Source: Squalus acanthias
Lineage: Eukaryota
DNA: 64,000 nt
Assembly (NCBI GenBank): GCA_030390025.1
Contig: CM059432.1
Location: 152,956,001-153,020,000, forward strand
Direction of reading: 5' to 3'
Shown: positions 1 to 13,830 of the stretch, piece after piece
How the letters are laid out: each line of letters begins with the position of its first letter
How positions within the stretch are numbered: the stretch's first letter is position 1
The notes under the pieces: model-generated
What the model was told of the DNA's origin: nothing
The model's database searches: none
The model's input: the letters and a program-made list of their open reading frames with translations, nothing else
Made by a program: the position numbers and the translations under genes

Positions 1-430
1 TGATATATTTCCAAGTCAGGATGGTGTGTGACTTGGAGGGGAAATTGGAGGTGTTGTTCCCTTGTGCCTGCTGCCCTTGTCCTTCTAGGTAGTAGAGGTC
101 ACGGGTTTGGGATGTGGTGCCAAAGAAGCCTTGGTGAGTTGCTGCAGTGCATCTTGTAGATGGTACACACTGCAGTCACGGTACGCCGGTGGTGGAGGGA
201 GTGAATGTTCCAGGCAAGTGGAGAGTGTTCCACCACACTCCTGACTTGTGCCTTGTAGATGGTGGAAAGGCTTTGAGGAGTCAGGAGGTGAGGCACTCGC
301 CGCAGAATACCCAGCCTTTGACCTGCTCTTGTTGCCACAGTGTTTATGTGGCCGGTCCAGTGAAGTTTCTGGTCAATGGTGACCCCCAGGATGTTGATGG
401 TGGGGGATTTGGCGATGGTAATGCCGTTGG
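1..430 (-). mobile_element. Fragment of a jockey-group (CR1/L2/Crack-like) non-LTR retrotransposon, RT C-terminal region
   Basis: ORF 99..512 encodes INILGVTIDQKLHWTGHINTVATRAGQRLGILRR...IYKAQVRSVVEHSPLAW. Same family as the copy at 55550-56290, with an internal deletion here. Confidence 0.8.
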
Positions 431-449
431 TCAATGGTATTCGATAAGG

Positions 450-672
450 TTCTACATAAGACACTGTTAATAGTCTCCTATAATGAAGGGGTTGGATGTG
501 CTCCATGGACACTTATAATCAAGGGATCGGATGCGATTCTATGAATGAGGGTTTGGAATTGCTCCTGTAATGAAGGGACTGCTTGTGGTCCTATGATCGA
601 GGAGTTGTATGTGCTCTGGTAATAAAGGCGTTGGATGTTCTCCTTTCATCAAGGGCTTGGGTGTGCTCCTAT
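450..672. repeat. Degenerate 26-bp satellite, left remnant
   Basis: Diverged units such as GGGTTGGATGTGCTCC...TATAATCAAG, matching the array at 11230-17985. Confidence 0.7.
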
Positions 673-689
673 AACAACAAAAACAACTT

Positions 690-1471
690 GGGCTAAAAAT
701 TCGGTTGTGTAGTGCCCGCTGTTTTGACAATACGGGTGCTGATTTGGCTCGAAAATGGCGGCCGAGCAGCACACGCACACTTCTGGTGCGGGCCATGCCG
801 GACACCATTTTGGTGAGGGTGTTAGCATCGGCGCTGGGAGCGTGCGCTGTAAGTATGCAGAGTACGCAGACCGTGACGTTAATCATCGTGTGATGCTGAT
901 TTGACGCCAGCGCTGCCATTTTTGACCTCACCGCTGGAGCTAACGTCCTTTCATGCATTCAGCTGCAGGAGGACACCCCACCAGTGCTATTTAAAGGAAT
1001 CATCACCTACTTACAGCTTAGTTGTTGATTGGTTTTTACTAGCTGTTGCTGAGTTTGTAGAAGGGTTTGATGCTTTCTAGACTTCTTTAAAGTTGCCTAA
1101 AGTCTACAAGGTGTGGTGTGGCATGTGCTCAAGGACTTGGTACTGACTTGCAAGGGGTCTGCTCAGACCAGTTGCTCCCAGACATGGGTGCAGTAGTTTG
1201 TATCCCCCGTGGCAGGGAGAATGAGCAGAGGCGACACAGAGCAGGACAAGCTGCTACAAGAGGCAGGAGGAGGAGGGGCAGGAGGCCATATCCACCCAGG
1301 GTCTTCAGGAGTCAATTCTCCTACCTCAACCTCAGCGAGGAACGGTACATGCAACATCTCCATTTTACTGAGGAGGTGCTCACTGAAATCTGCCACCTGC
1401 TGCAGGCAGACCTGCGGCCTCAGTCCAGGGTGAGGACAGCGTCGCTAGTGGCTGTAAAGGTGACCGTGGCC
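690..1471 (+). mobile_element. PIF/Harbinger DNA transposon, 5' part with truncated transposase N-terminus (ATG ~1184)
   Basis: Starts GGGCTAAAAATTC, like the other GGG-start TIRs in the window. Translation RPYPPRVFRSQFSYLNLSEERYMQHLHFTEEVLTEICHLL...VAVKVTVA resembles the HARBI1/Harbinger nuclease N-terminus. Cut off by a CR1 fragment. Confidence 0.7.
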
Positions 1472-2360
1472 TCATCAACCCTCTCCCTTACTTCATGCCT
1501 TTAACAAATCCATGCTGGTTTTCATTTATTGACCCATATTTTTCCAAGTGCCAATTAATTTTATCCCGGATTAATGTCTCTAAAAGTTTGTCCACCACTG
1601 ACGTTCGGCTGGCTGGCCTGTAATTTCCGGGTTTATCCCGCTCCCCTTTTTTGAACAGGGGTGTAACATTTGCAATCCTCCAGTCCTCTGGCACCACTCC
1701 CATATCTAAGGAGGATTGGAAGATTGTGTCCAGAGCCTCTGCAATTTCCACCCTTACTTCCCTCAGCAACCTCGGATGCATCCCATCCAGACCGGGTGAC
1801 TTTTCTAATTTGAGGTCTGCCAACCTTTTAAGTACATCCTCTTTATCTATTTTTATCCTATCCAATTTCTCTACTACCTCCTCCTTTACTGTGTTATTGG
1901 CAGCCTCCTTTTCTCTAGTGAAGATAATTGCAAAGTACTCATTTAGTCCATCAGCCATGCCCTTTGCCTCCAGAAGATGATCTCCCTTTTGATCTGTAAT
2001 TGGCACCACCCTTCCTTTGACTAGCCTTTCACTATTTATATGTTAATGAAAGACTTTTGGGTTCCCTTTTATGTTAGCTGCTAATCTATTCTCATACAAA
2101 CTCTTTGCCCCTATTATTTCCTTTTTCAGCTCTCCCCTGTACTTTTTGTAATCAGCTTGGTTCTCAACTGAATTATGATCCTAACATTTATCATAAGCCT
2201 CCTATCTCTGTTTCATTTTAATCTCTAGTCACTCGGGGAGCTCAAGCTTTGGATGCCCTTCCTTTCCATCTTGTAGGAATGTGTCTAATCTACAATCAAA
2301 CTATCTCCTCTTTGAAGGCCTCTCATTGCTCATTTACTGTTTTATTGCCAATCTTTGATT
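1472..2360 (-). mobile_element. CR1 LINE internal fragment (ORF2)
   Basis: ORF 1488..2009 has KSPGLDGMHPRLLRE...[13 protein letters not shown]...NYRP...QHGF. Confidence 0.9.
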
Positions 2361-2362
2361 GT

Positions 2363-2729
2363 AAGGTGTCAGCTGTGGCTCAGTGGGTAGCACTCTCACG
2401 GCTGAGTCAGAAGATTGTGGGTTCAAGTCCAACTCCAGAGACTTGAACACAAAGATCTAAGGCTGACATTCCAGTGCAGCGCTGAGGGGGTGCTGCACTG
2501 TCAGAGGTGCCGTCTTTCGGATGAGACATTAAGCCGAGTTCCCGTCTGCTCTCTCAGGCGGATGTAAGCGATCCCATGGCACTATTTCGAAGAAGAGCAG
2601 GGGAGTTATCCCTGGTGTCCTGGCCAATATTTATCCCTCAATCAACATAATAAAAGCAGATGATCTGGTCATTATCACATTGCTGTTTGTGGGAGTTTGC
2701 TGTGTGCAAATTGGCTGCTGTATTTCCTA
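2363..2729 (+). mobile_element. tRNA-headed Deu-domain SINE (SacSINE1-like), 3' truncated
   Basis: A box TGGCTCAGTGGG, B box GGTTCAAGTCC, and Deu core GATCCCATGGCACTATTTCGAAGAAGAGCAGGGGAG...GTGTCCTGGCCAA. Confidence 0.8.
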
Positions 2730-3028
2730 CACCCTAAAAGCCTCCTTGAAAAAGTGCAACAGCCCCACCGACACCTGGGAATCCCTGGCCCAAGACCGCA
2801 CAAAGTGGAGGAGAAGCATCCGGGAAGGCGCTGAATACCTCGAGTCTCTTCGCACAAGCAGCGCACGTCAACCCAAGCACCCCACCCACCCGTTCCTTCA
2901 ACCACCGTCTGCCCCACCTGTGACAGAGACTGTAGGTCCCGGATTGGACTCATCAGTCACCTGCGAACTCATTTTTAACGTGGAAGCAAGTCATCCTCGG
3001 TTCGAGGGACTGCCTAAGAAGAAGAAGA
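2730..3028 (+). mobile_element. RTE-clade LINE 3' end
   Basis: TLKASLKKCN...WESLAQDRTKWRRSIREG, then in a shifted frame a C2H2 finger CPTCDRDCRSRIGLISHLRTH, and an (AAG)n tail. Confidence 0.75.
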
Positions 3029-6000
3029 CATAGAAACATAGAAAAATAGGAGCAGGAGTAGGCCATTCGGTCCTTCGATCCTGCTCTGCCATTCAATATG
3101 ATCATGGCTGATCCTCTATCTCAATATCATATTCCCGCTCTCTCCCCATACCCCTTGATGCCTTTTGTGTCTAGAAATCTATCTATCTCCTTCTTAAATA
3201 TATTCAGTGACTTGGCCTCCACAGCCTTCTGTGGTAGAAAATTCCACAGGTTCACCACCCTCTGAGTGAAGAAATTTCTCCTCATCTCAGTCCTAAATGT
3301 CCTACCCCATATCCTGAGACTGTGACCCCTCGTTCTAGAACCCCCAGCCAGGGGAAACATCCTCCCTGCATCCAGTCTGTCTAGCCCTGTCAGAATTTTA
3401 TACGTTTCAATGAGATCCCCTCTCATTCTCCTAAACTCTAGTGAATACAGGCCTAGTCGACCCAATCTCTCCACATACGACAGTCCTGCCATCCCAGGAA
3501 TCAGTCTGGTGAACCTTCGCTGCACTCCCTCTATGGCAAATATATCCTTTCTTAGGTAAGGAGACCAAAACTGCACACAGTACTCCAGGTGTGGTCTCAC
3601 CAAGGCCCTGTATAACTGTAGTAAGACATCCTTGCTCCTGTACTCAAATCCTCTTGCAATGAAGGCCAACATACCATTTGCCTTCCAAATGGTTTGCTGC
3701 ACCTGCATGTTTGCTTTCAGTGACTGGTGTGCAAGGACACCCAGGTCCCTTTGTACCTCAACATTTCCCAATCTATCACCATTTAAATAATACTCTGCCT
3801 TGTTGTTTTTCCTACCGAAGTGGATAACTTCATATTTATCCACGTTATACTGCATCTGCCATGTATTTGCCCACTCACTCAACTTGAAGCCTCTTTGCAT
3901 CCTCCTCACAACTCACAATCCCACCTAGTTTCGTATCGTTAGCAAACTTGGAAATATTACATTTGGTTCCTCATCCAAATCATTGATATATACTGTGAAT
4001 AGCTGGGGCCCAAGCACTGATCCCGGCGGTACCCCACGAGTCACCGCCTGCCACCCCGAAAAAGACCCATTTATTCCTACTCTCTATTCCCTGTCTGTTA
4101 ACCAATTTTCAATCCATGCCAGTATATTACCTCCAATCCCATGTGCTTTAATTTTGCACACTAATCTCTTATGTGGGACTTTATCAAAGGCCTTCTGAAA
4201 ATCCAAATACACCACATCCACTGGTTCTCCCTTATCTATTCTACCAGTTACATCCTCAAAAAACTCCAGTAGGTTTGTCAAACACAATTTCCCTTTCATA
4301 AATCCATGTTGACTTTGTCTAATCCCGTTGATATTTTCTAAGTGTCCTGTTATCACATCCTTTATAATAGACTCTAGCATTTTCCCTACTACTGATGTTA
4401 GGCTAACCGGTCTGTAGTTCCCAGTTTTCTCTCTCCCTCCTTTTTTAAATAGTGGGGTTACATTTGCCACCCTCCAATCTGCTGGAACTGTTCCATAATC
4501 TATAGAATTTTGGAAGATGACAACCAATGCATCCACTATTTCCATGGCTACCTCTTTTAGTACTCTGGGATGCAGATTATCAGGCCCTGGAGATTTATCA
4601 GCTTTCAGTCCCATTAATTTCTCCAGCACTATTTTTTTACTAATACTAATTTCCTTTAATTCCTCCTTCTCACTGGACCTTTGGTTCCCTCACATTGCTG
4701 GAAAGTTATTTATGTCCTCTTCCGTGAAGACAGAACCAAAGTATTTGTTTAATTGCTTAGCCATTTCCTTGTTCCCCATTATAAATTCTCCCGTTTCTGA
4801 CTGTAAGGGACCTACATTTGTCTTCACTAATCTTTTTCTTTATACAGGAAACTCTTTCGTATCCGGCACTGACGGGACCGGGATGGTGTCGGTTGATTAA
4901 AAATTCCGGATAACGGAGAGGTATATCTACCGAGGCTATTTTTAACAAACAAAAATAAAAAAATCAAGAAATGTGCAGTATAATTGGGTACTCCCCTACA
5001 GAATCTTGTGTTAAATGGATGGTGGAAGATGCTTGATTAAGTACAGTAATGCCAGTTGAGGGTAATCCATAACTCTTTAATTACTTAACAGTAAAACAAA
5101 ACTTATAAACGACTGTATACTGTAGTTTTCAGAGTATGAATTCTGCCGGTTATTAGAGAATTCCGGATATTTAGGTGCCGTTTAAACGAGAGTTTCCTGT
5201 ACATACTTGTAGAAGCTTTTATAGTCCACTTTTATGTTCCTTGCAAGTTTACTCTCATACTCTATTTTTCCCCTCTTAATCAATCTCTTGGTCCTTTTTT
5301 GCTGAACTCTAAACTGCTCCCAATCCTCAGGCTTGCTACTTTTTCTGGCAACTTTATATGACTCCACTTTGGATCTAATACTATCCTTAATTTCCATGGT
5401 TGGGCCGCTTTTCCTTTTGTGTTTTTGCGCCAGAAAGGAATGTATAACTGTTGCAATTCATGCATTCGTTCCTTAAATGTTAGCCATTGCCTATCCACCA
5501 TCATGCCTTTTAATGAAGCTCCCTAATCTATCATAGCCAACTCACTCTTCATACCAAAGTAGTTTCCTTTGTTTAGATTTAGGACCCTAGTTTCGGATTG
5601 GACTTCTTCACTTTCCATCTTAATGAAGAATTCTATCATGTTATGGTCACTCTTCCCTAAAGGACCCTGCACAGCAAGATTATTAATTAACCCCTTCTGA
5701 TTGCACAATACCCAATCTAGGATAGCCTGTTCCCTAGTTGGCTCCTCAACGTATTGGTCTAAAAAACCATCTCGTACACACTCCAGTAATTCATCCTCCA
5801 CAGTATTATTGCTAATTTGGTTTGGCCAGTTTTTATGTAGATTAAAGTCTCCCATGATTACTGTAGTACCCTTGTTACATGCATCTCTAATTTCCTGTTT
5901 GATGCCATCCCCTACATTACCACTACTGTTTAGAGGCCTATAGACAACTCCCACCAATGTTTTCTGCCCCTTGGTGCTTCTTAGCTCCACCCAGACTGAT

Positions 6001-7757
6001 TCTACATCTTGATTTTCTGAGCCAATATCCTTTCTCACTATTGCTCTGATTTCATCCTTTACTAACAACGCCACCCCACCTCCTTTTCCTTTTTGCCTGT
6101 CCTTCCTAAATATCGAATATCCTTGGATATTCAGCTCCCAGCCTTGGTCACCCTGCAGCCATGTCTCCATAATTGCAATTATATCGTATCCGTTTACATC
6201 TATTTGCGCTGTTAATTTGTCTACCTTATTACGAATGCTTCGTGCATTCAGATACAGTGCCTTTAGATTTGTCTTTTCAACATTTTTAGACATCTTAACA
6301 TTTTTTTATACTATGGCCCTATTTGTCTTATTACCATTTTTTCTTACCCGGACCCTATTTGTTAGTGCACTCTTTTGTTTGTACGCTCTGTCCCTTCCTG
6401 ACTCAATCTGGTTATCCTTACCCCAATCACTTTCCTGCACTGTTTTCTTGTCTATTCTCTTTAGCATTCTAAATTTCTTTCCACCGGGACCCTCCCCCCC
6501 GCCCCCCTTATTTAATTTAAAGCCCTATCTACCTCCCTAGTTATTCAATTCGCTAGAACTCTGGTCCCAGCATGGTTCAGGTGTCGTCTGTCCCAATGGA
6601 ACAGCTCTCTCTTTCCCCAGTACTGGTGCCAGTGCCCCACAAATCGAAACCCACTTCTCCCACACCAATCTTTGAGCCACATATTCATCTCCCTGATCCT
6701 ATTGACCCTATGCCAATTTGCTCGTGGCTCCGGTAATAATCCAAAGATTATTACCTTTGTGGTTCTGCTTTTTAATTTAGTCCCTAGCTGCTCAAACTCT
6801 CTCAGCAGAACCTCTTTCTTTGTCCTACCTATGTCGTTGGTACCTACATGGACCACGACAACTGGATCCTCCCCCTCCCACTCCAAGTTCTTCTCCAGCC
6901 CGGAGGAGATGTCCTTTATCCTGGCACCGGGTAGGCAACACAGCCTTCGGGACTCACGCTCTTGGCTGCAGAGAACAGTGTCTATCCCCCTACCACTATC
7001 ACATTTCTTTTTGCTCCCCCCTCTTGAATGGCTCCCTATACCACGGTGCTGTGGTCAGTTTGCTCATCCTCCCTGCAGTCCCTGCTCTCGTCCACACAGA
7101 GAGTAAGAACCTCATACCTATTGGACAAGAGCAAGGGCTGCGGCTCCTCCACCACTACCCCCTGGTTTCCCATACCTGCCTCGCCTGTAGTCACACCCAC
7201 CTGTCCCTAACCACGGACCAAATTTGAATGAATTAATCTAAGGGGTGTGACTGCCTCCTGGAACACAGCGTCCAGGTAACTCTCCCTCTCCCTGATGTGT
7301 CGCAGTGTTTGAAGCTCGGACTCCAGCTCATCAACACGGAGCCGAAGTTCCTCGAGCAACCAACACTTACTGCAAATGTGGTCGCCTTGGACCTCGATGG
7401 TGTCCACCAGCTCCCACATGTTGCAGTAGTAACACATCGCCTGCCCTGCCATCTCTAATGTATTTAATTAATTAAGTGTTTAAGTTTTGAACATTTAGTT
7501 TTTAATCCCGGCTCTTAATTTAAACCAATGCCCAAGAAAACAGAAAAATACTGACCAACCAATCACTTCCCTGCTTTCCTGTAACGTCACTCCTTGTTTT
7601 TTTGTTGTTCTTTAAATTGCCTGTTCCCTCACAGGTCGGTCCGCTCCCACTGCTGCTCCCAATAGCTCGGTCTGGGCCTCGAGCCTCGGGCTTTATTTCC
7701 TCGCTCCTCCTTCGCCTGCTCCCTCACAGGTCGGTCCGCTCTCGCTGCTGCTCCCAA
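3029..7757 (-). mobile_element. Essentially full-length CR1 LINE (ORF1 zinc finger/coiled coil + SGNH esterase; ORF2 APE + RT), decayed
   Basis: ORF1 pieces 7207..7452 (CxxC...CxxC, leucine zipper) and 6545..6886 (HVGTND, HLN). APE at 5523..6293 (NARS, ETW, GDFN, SDH). RT at 4084..4629 and 3127..3909. (TTCTATG)-type 3' tail. Contains frameshifts and a MITE. Confidence 0.95.
4845..5199. mobile_element. Tc1/mariner (pogo/Tigger-like) MITE inside CR1 ORF2
   Basis: TIRs CAGGAAACTCT.../...AGAGTTTCCTG, TA target duplication at 4843-4844 and 5200-5201. CR1 sequence rejoins across it. Confidence 0.85.
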
Positions 7758-8219
7758 TTACCTTGGCACCAGGGAGGCAATACACCATGCAAGACTCACG
7801 CTGTGCTTTCAGAAAGATCTGTCTATCCCCCGACTATTGAATCCCCTATGACCACTGCATTTCTAAACTTTGCTGTGCCCCGCTCTGAGTGTTTTGCCCT
7901 GGATGTCCTCTAGACTCCTTCGAGGTGTCGCCACCCTCACCCGTATTCAGCACTGAAAACCGGTTTGAGAGTGCCACACTCCGGGAGAGTTCCTGCACTG
8001 CCTGCCTCTTCATACCCTGCCGAATGGACACCCACTTACTATCCTCCTGAACTCTCTGCACCTGCGGAGTGACTTCAGGCACTCTGAGCTTGAGTTCGAG
8101 CAACTGGAGGCACTTCCTGCATACATGGTTATCTAGGACATGTGAAGCATTCTGGAGTTCCCACATGGCACCGGAATTACAGGCAATGGGTCTCAGCTAT
8201 CCCATCATTTTGCTAAAGG
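7758..8219 (-). mobile_element. CR1 ORF1 fragment of a second element; its 5' UTR probably continues at ~10850-11230
   Basis: ORF 7846..8166 MWELQNASHVLDNHVCRKCLQLLELKLRV...LSNRFSVL, followed by an IGDSIVG esterase motif. Confidence 0.8.
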
Positions 8220-10848
8220 TCATAGAGTCATAGAGTTATACAGCACAGAAAGAGGCCCTTCGGCCCATCGTGTCCGCGCCGGCCATCAAGCCCTGTCTAT
8301 TCTAATCCCATTTTCCAGCACTTGGTCCGTAGCCTTGTATGCTATGGCGTTTCAAGTGCTCATCTAAATGCTTCTTGAATGTTGTGAGGGTTCCTGCCTC
8401 TACCACCCTTTCAGGCAGTGAGTTCCAGATTCCAACCACCCTCTGGGTGAAAAAGTTTTTCCTCAAATCCCCTCTAAACCTCCTGCCCCTTACCTTGAAA
8501 CTATGCCCCCTTGTTATTGACCCCTCTACTAAGGGGAAAAGTTCCTTTCTATCTACCCTATCTATGCCCCTCATAATTTTGTACACCTCAATCAGGTCTC
8601 CCCTCAGCCTTCTCTGCTCTAAGGAAAACAACCCCAGCCTGTCTAGTCTCTTTTCATAGCTGAAGCGCTGCAGCCCAGGTAACATCCTGGTGAATCTCCT
8701 CTGCACCCTCTCCAATGCAATCACATCCTTCCTACAGTGTGGCGACCAGAACTGCACACAGTATTCCAGCTGTGGCCTAACTAGTGTTTTGTACAACTCC
8801 ATCATAACCTCCCTGCTCTTATATTCTATGCCTCGGCTAATGAAGGCAAGTATCCCATATGCCTTTTTAACCACCTTATCTACCTGTCCTGCTGCCTTCA
8901 GGAATCTATGTACATGCACACCAAGGTCCCTCTGATCCTCTGTCCTTCCTAGGATCCTACCATTCATTGTGTATTCCCTTGCCTTGTTAGTCCTCCCAAA
9001 ATGCATCACCTCACACTTTTCAGGGTTAAATTCCATTTGCCACTGTTCTGCCCATCTGACCAACCCGTCTATATCGTCCTGTAGCTTGAGGCTTCCCTCC
9101 TCGCTATTTACCACCCCACCAATTTTCGTCTCATCTGAGAACTTACTGATCATACCTCCTACATTCATATCTAAATCATTAATGTATGCTACAAACAGCA
9201 AAGGACCCAGCACCGATCCCTGCGGTACACCACTGGACACAGGCTTCCAGTCACAAAAACAACCTTCGACCATCACCCTCTGCCTCCTGCCACTAAGCCC
9301 ATTTTGGATCCAATGTGCCAAGTTGCCCTGGATCTCATGGGCTCTTACCTTCTTGACCAGTCTCCCATGTGGGACTTTGTCAAAAGCCTTACTGAAGTCC
9401 ATGTAGACCACATCAACTGCACTACCCTCATCCACACACCTAGTCACCCCTCGAAAAATTCAATCAAATTGGTCAGACATGAAATCCCCCTGACAAAGCC
9501 ATGCTGACTATCCTTGATTAATCCTTGCCTCTCCAAGTGGAGACTAATTCTGTCCCTCAGAATTTTTTCCAATAATTTCCCTACCACAGATGTTAGGCTC
9601 ACTGGCCTGTAATTCCCTGGTTTATCCCTACTACCCTTCTTGAATAATGGTACTACGTTAGCTGTTCTCCAGTCCTCTGGCACCTCCCCTGTGGCCAGAG
9701 AGGTTCTGAAAATTTGTGTCAGAGCCCCTGCAATCTCCTCCCTTGCCTCACACAGCAGCCTGGGATACATCTCGTCTGGGCCTGGGGATTTATCCACTTT
9801 TAAGCCCGCTAAAACCGCTGGTACCTCCTCCCTCTCAATACTAATTTGTTCAAGTATATCACAAGCCCCCTGCCTGATTTCTATGCCTACATCGTCCTTC
9901 TCCATCGTGAACACAGATGCAAAATATTCATTTAAAACCCCACCTACATCATCTGGCTCGACACACAGATTGCCACTTTGGTCCCTAATGGGCCCTACTC
10001 TTTCCCTGGTTATCCTCTTGCCCTTAATATACTTATAAAACACCTTGGGATTTTCCTTTATTTTGCCCGCCAGTGTTATTTCATGCCCCCTCTTCGCACC
10101 CCTAATTTCTTTTTTAAGTACCGCCCTGCACTTTCTATACTCCTCTAGGGCTTTCACTGTTTTTAGTCCTTTGTATCTGCCAAAAGCCTCCCTTTTTTCC
10201 CTAATCCATTCTTGTATATCCCTTGACATCCAGGGTTCCCTGGGCTTGTTGGTCCCACCCTTGATCTTTACGGGAACATGTTGGCGTTGTACTCTCTCTA
10301 TTTCCTTTCTGAAAGACTCCCACTGCTCTGATGTGGATTTTCCGACAAGTAGCTGATCCCAGTCCACTTTGGCCAGATCCTGCCTTATCATATTAAAATC
10401 GGCCTTCCCCCAATTTAGAACCTTTATTTCCGGTCCATCTTTGTCCTTTTCCATGACCACCTTAAATCTCACCGAATTATGGTCACTGTCACCAAAATGC
10501 TCTCCTACTGACACTTCTACCACTTGCCCGGCTACATTCCCTAGAATTAGGTCCAGTGCCACCCCCTCTCTTGTAGGACTTTCTACATGCTGGCTCAAAA
10601 AGCTCTCCTGGATGCACTTTAAGAATTCCGCACCCTCTAAGCCTTTCACACTCTGACTATCCCAGTTAATATTGGGGAAGTTGAAATCCCCTACTATTAT
10701 TACCCTATTATTTCTACACTTCTCTGAGATTTGCCTACATATCTGTTCCTCTATCTCCCCCTGACTGTTTGGGGGCCTATAGTACACTCCCAGCAAAGTG
10801 CTTCCCCCCTTTTTGTTTTTAAGTTCTACCCATATGGCCTCATTAGAG
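8220..10848 (-). mobile_element. 5'-truncated CR1 LINE with near-intact ORF2
   Basis: ORFs 9444..10796 and 8302..9447 join across one frameshift. Contains [10 protein letters not shown], a mutated FSDE catalytic motif, and a (CTATGACT)n tail at 8220. Confidence 0.95.
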
Positions 10849-11338
10849 GTCTATCTACTTCTGTTAGATATGTATCTACTGTTTTATATATATATATGTT
10901 TTTAGTTTAGTATCCCCTTACTCCTATTTATTATTTATTTATTATTTATGTGTACCAGATTTTTATTTAAAGCAATTCAGATCCCTTTAATATTGGTATG
11001 CTCTACTTAGCTAATTTTAATTTTATCCCCTTAGATCTAATTCATTACTCTGATTATGTATATATTTACTTATTTATTGTTGCCCCTTGTTTAAATTACT
11101 TAGCTCCTCCTTTCCCTTCTGCACCGAATTCCCACTCTCACCGAATTCCCGTCATCACTCAGTTTAACAAACCTCTGCATCCGACAGATTCACCCAACTA
11201 TTGCCAAGCTCTGTGCTTAAAGCTCCCTATAGGATGTGCTCCCATAATCATGGGAGTTTTTGTGCTCCTCTAATCGACCGATTGGATATGTTCCTATAAT
11301 GGTGCGATTGCACACGCTCCTATGATTGAGGGTTTGGT

Positions 11339-13830
11339 TGTGGTGCTGTAATGGAGGGATCGGACGTGGTGCTGTAATGGGGGGATCGGATGTGGTGCTG
11401 TAATGGAGGGATCGGATGTGGTGCTGTAATGGAGGGATCGGATGTGGTGCTGTAATGGAGGGATCGGACGTGGTGCTGTAATGGGGGGATCGGATGTGGT
11501 GCTGTAATGGAGGGATCGGACCTGGTGCTGTAATGGAGGGATCGGACGTGGTGCTGTAATGGAGGGATTGGATGTGGTGCTGTAATGGAGGGATCGGACC
11601 TGGTGCTGTAATGGAGGGATCGGACGTGGTGCTGTAATGGAGGGATCGGACGTGGTGCTGTAATGGAGAGATTGGATGTGGTGCTGTAATGGAGGGATTG
11701 GATGTGGTGCTGTAATGGAGGGATCGGACCTGGTGCTGTAATGGAGGGATCGGACGTGGTGCTGTAATGGAGGGATTGGATGTGGTGCTGTAATGGAGGG
11801 ATTGGATGTGGTGCTGTAATGGAGGGATCGGACGTGGTGCTGTAATGGAGGGATTGGATGTGGTGCTGTAATGGAGGGATCGGACGTGGTGCTGTAATGG
11901 AGGGATCGGATGTGGTGCTGTAATGGAGGGATCGGACGTGGTGCTGTAATGGAGGGATTGGATGTGGTGCTGTAATGGAGGGATTGGACGTGGTGCTGTA
12001 ATGGAGGGATTGGATGTGGTGCTGTAATGGAGGGATTGGATGTGGTGCTGTAATGGAGGGATCGGACGTGGTGCTGTAATGGAGGGATTGGATGTGGTGC
12101 TGTAATGGAGGGATTGGATGTGGTGCTGTAATGGAGGGATTGGACACGGTGCTGTAATGGAGGGATTGGATGTGGTGCTGTAATGGAGGGATTGGATGTG
12201 GTGTAATGGAGGGATTGGACACGGTGCTGTAACAGAGGGATCGGACGTGGTGCTGTAATGGAGGGATTGGACATGGTGCTGTAATGGAGGGATCGGATGT
12301 GGTGCTGTAATGGGGGGGATCGGACATGGTGCTGTAATGGGGGGATTGGATGTGGTGCTGTAATGGGGGGATTGGATGTGGTGTAATGGAGGGATCGGAC
12401 GTGGTGCTGTAATGGAGGGATTGGATGTGGTGCTGTAATGGAGGGATTGGACAGGGTGCTGTAATGGAGGGTTTGGATGTGGTGTAATGGAGGGATCGGA
12501 CGTGGTGCTGTAATGGAGGGATTGGATGTGGTGCTGTAATGGAGGGATTGGATGTGGTGCTGTAATGGAGGGATCGGATGTGGTGCTGTAATGGTGGGAT
12601 GGGATGTGGTGCTGTAATGGAGGGATGAGATGTGGTGCTGTAATGGAGGGATGGGATGTGGTGCTGTAATGGAGGGATCGGACGTGGTGCTGTAATGGAG
12701 GGATTGGACGTGGTGCTGTAATGGAGGGATCGGACGTGGTGCTGTAATGGAGGGATTGGATGTGGTGCTGTAATGGAGGGATTGGATGTGGTGCTGTAAT
12801 GGAGGGATTGGATGTGGTGCTGTAATGGAGGGTTTGGATGTGGTGCTGTAATGGAGGGATTGGACGTGGTGCTGTAATGGAGGGTTTGGATGTGGTGCTG
12901 TAATGGAGGGTTTGGATGTGATGCTGTAATGGAGGGATCGGATGTGGTGCTGTAATGGAGGGATTGGATGTGGTGCTGTAATGGAGGGTTTGGATGTGGT
13001 GCTGTAATGGAGGGATCGGATGTGGTGCTGTAATGGAGGGATCGGACGTGGTGCTGTAATGGAGGGATCGGACCTGGTGCTGTAATGGAGGGATTGGACG
13101 TGGTGCTGTAATGGAGGGATTGGACGTGGTGCTGTAATGGAGGGATTGGACGTGGTGCTGTAATGGAGGGATTGGATGTGGTGCTGTAATGGAGGGATCG
13201 GATGTGGTGCTGTAATGGAGGGATCGGATGTGGTGCTGTAATGGAGGGATTGGATGTGGTGCTGTAATGGAAGGATTGGATGTGGTGCTGTAATGGAGGG
13301 ATCGGACGTGGTGCTGTAATGGAGGGATTGGACGTGGTGCTGTAATGGAGGGATTGGATGTGGTGCTGTAATGGAGGGATCGGATGTGGTGCTGTAATGG
13401 AGGGATCGGATGTGGTGCTGTAATGGAGGGATTGGATGTGGTGCTGTAATGGAAGGATTGGACGTGGTGCTGTAATGGAGGGATTGGACGTGGTGCTGTA
13501 ATGGAGGGATTGGATGTGGTGCTGTAATGGAGGGATCGGATGTGGTGCTGTAATGGAGGGATCGGATGTGGTGCTGTAATGGAGGGATTGGATGTGGTGC
13601 TGTAATGGAAGGATTGGATGTGGTGCTGTAATGGAGGGATCGGACGTGGTGCTGTAATGGAGGGATTGGATGTGGTGCTGTAATGGAAGGATTGGATGTG
13701 GTGCTGTAATGGAAGGATTGGATGTGGTGCTGTAATGGAGGGATCGGACGTGGTGCTGTAATGGAGGGATTGGATGTGGTGCTGTAATGGAGGGATTGGA
13801 TGTGGTGCTGTAATGGAGGGATCGGATGTG
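11339..13830. repeat. Homogeneous 26-bp tandem array A (~95 copies)
   Basis: Unit GGATYGGAYGTGGTGCTGTAATGGAG. Confidence 0.97.

Noticed and set aside
2363..2440. tRNA gene (also at the other SINE heads)
   Set aside because: The A/B boxes belong to SINE heads, no full cloverleaf is evident, and the sequence continues into the Deu domain.
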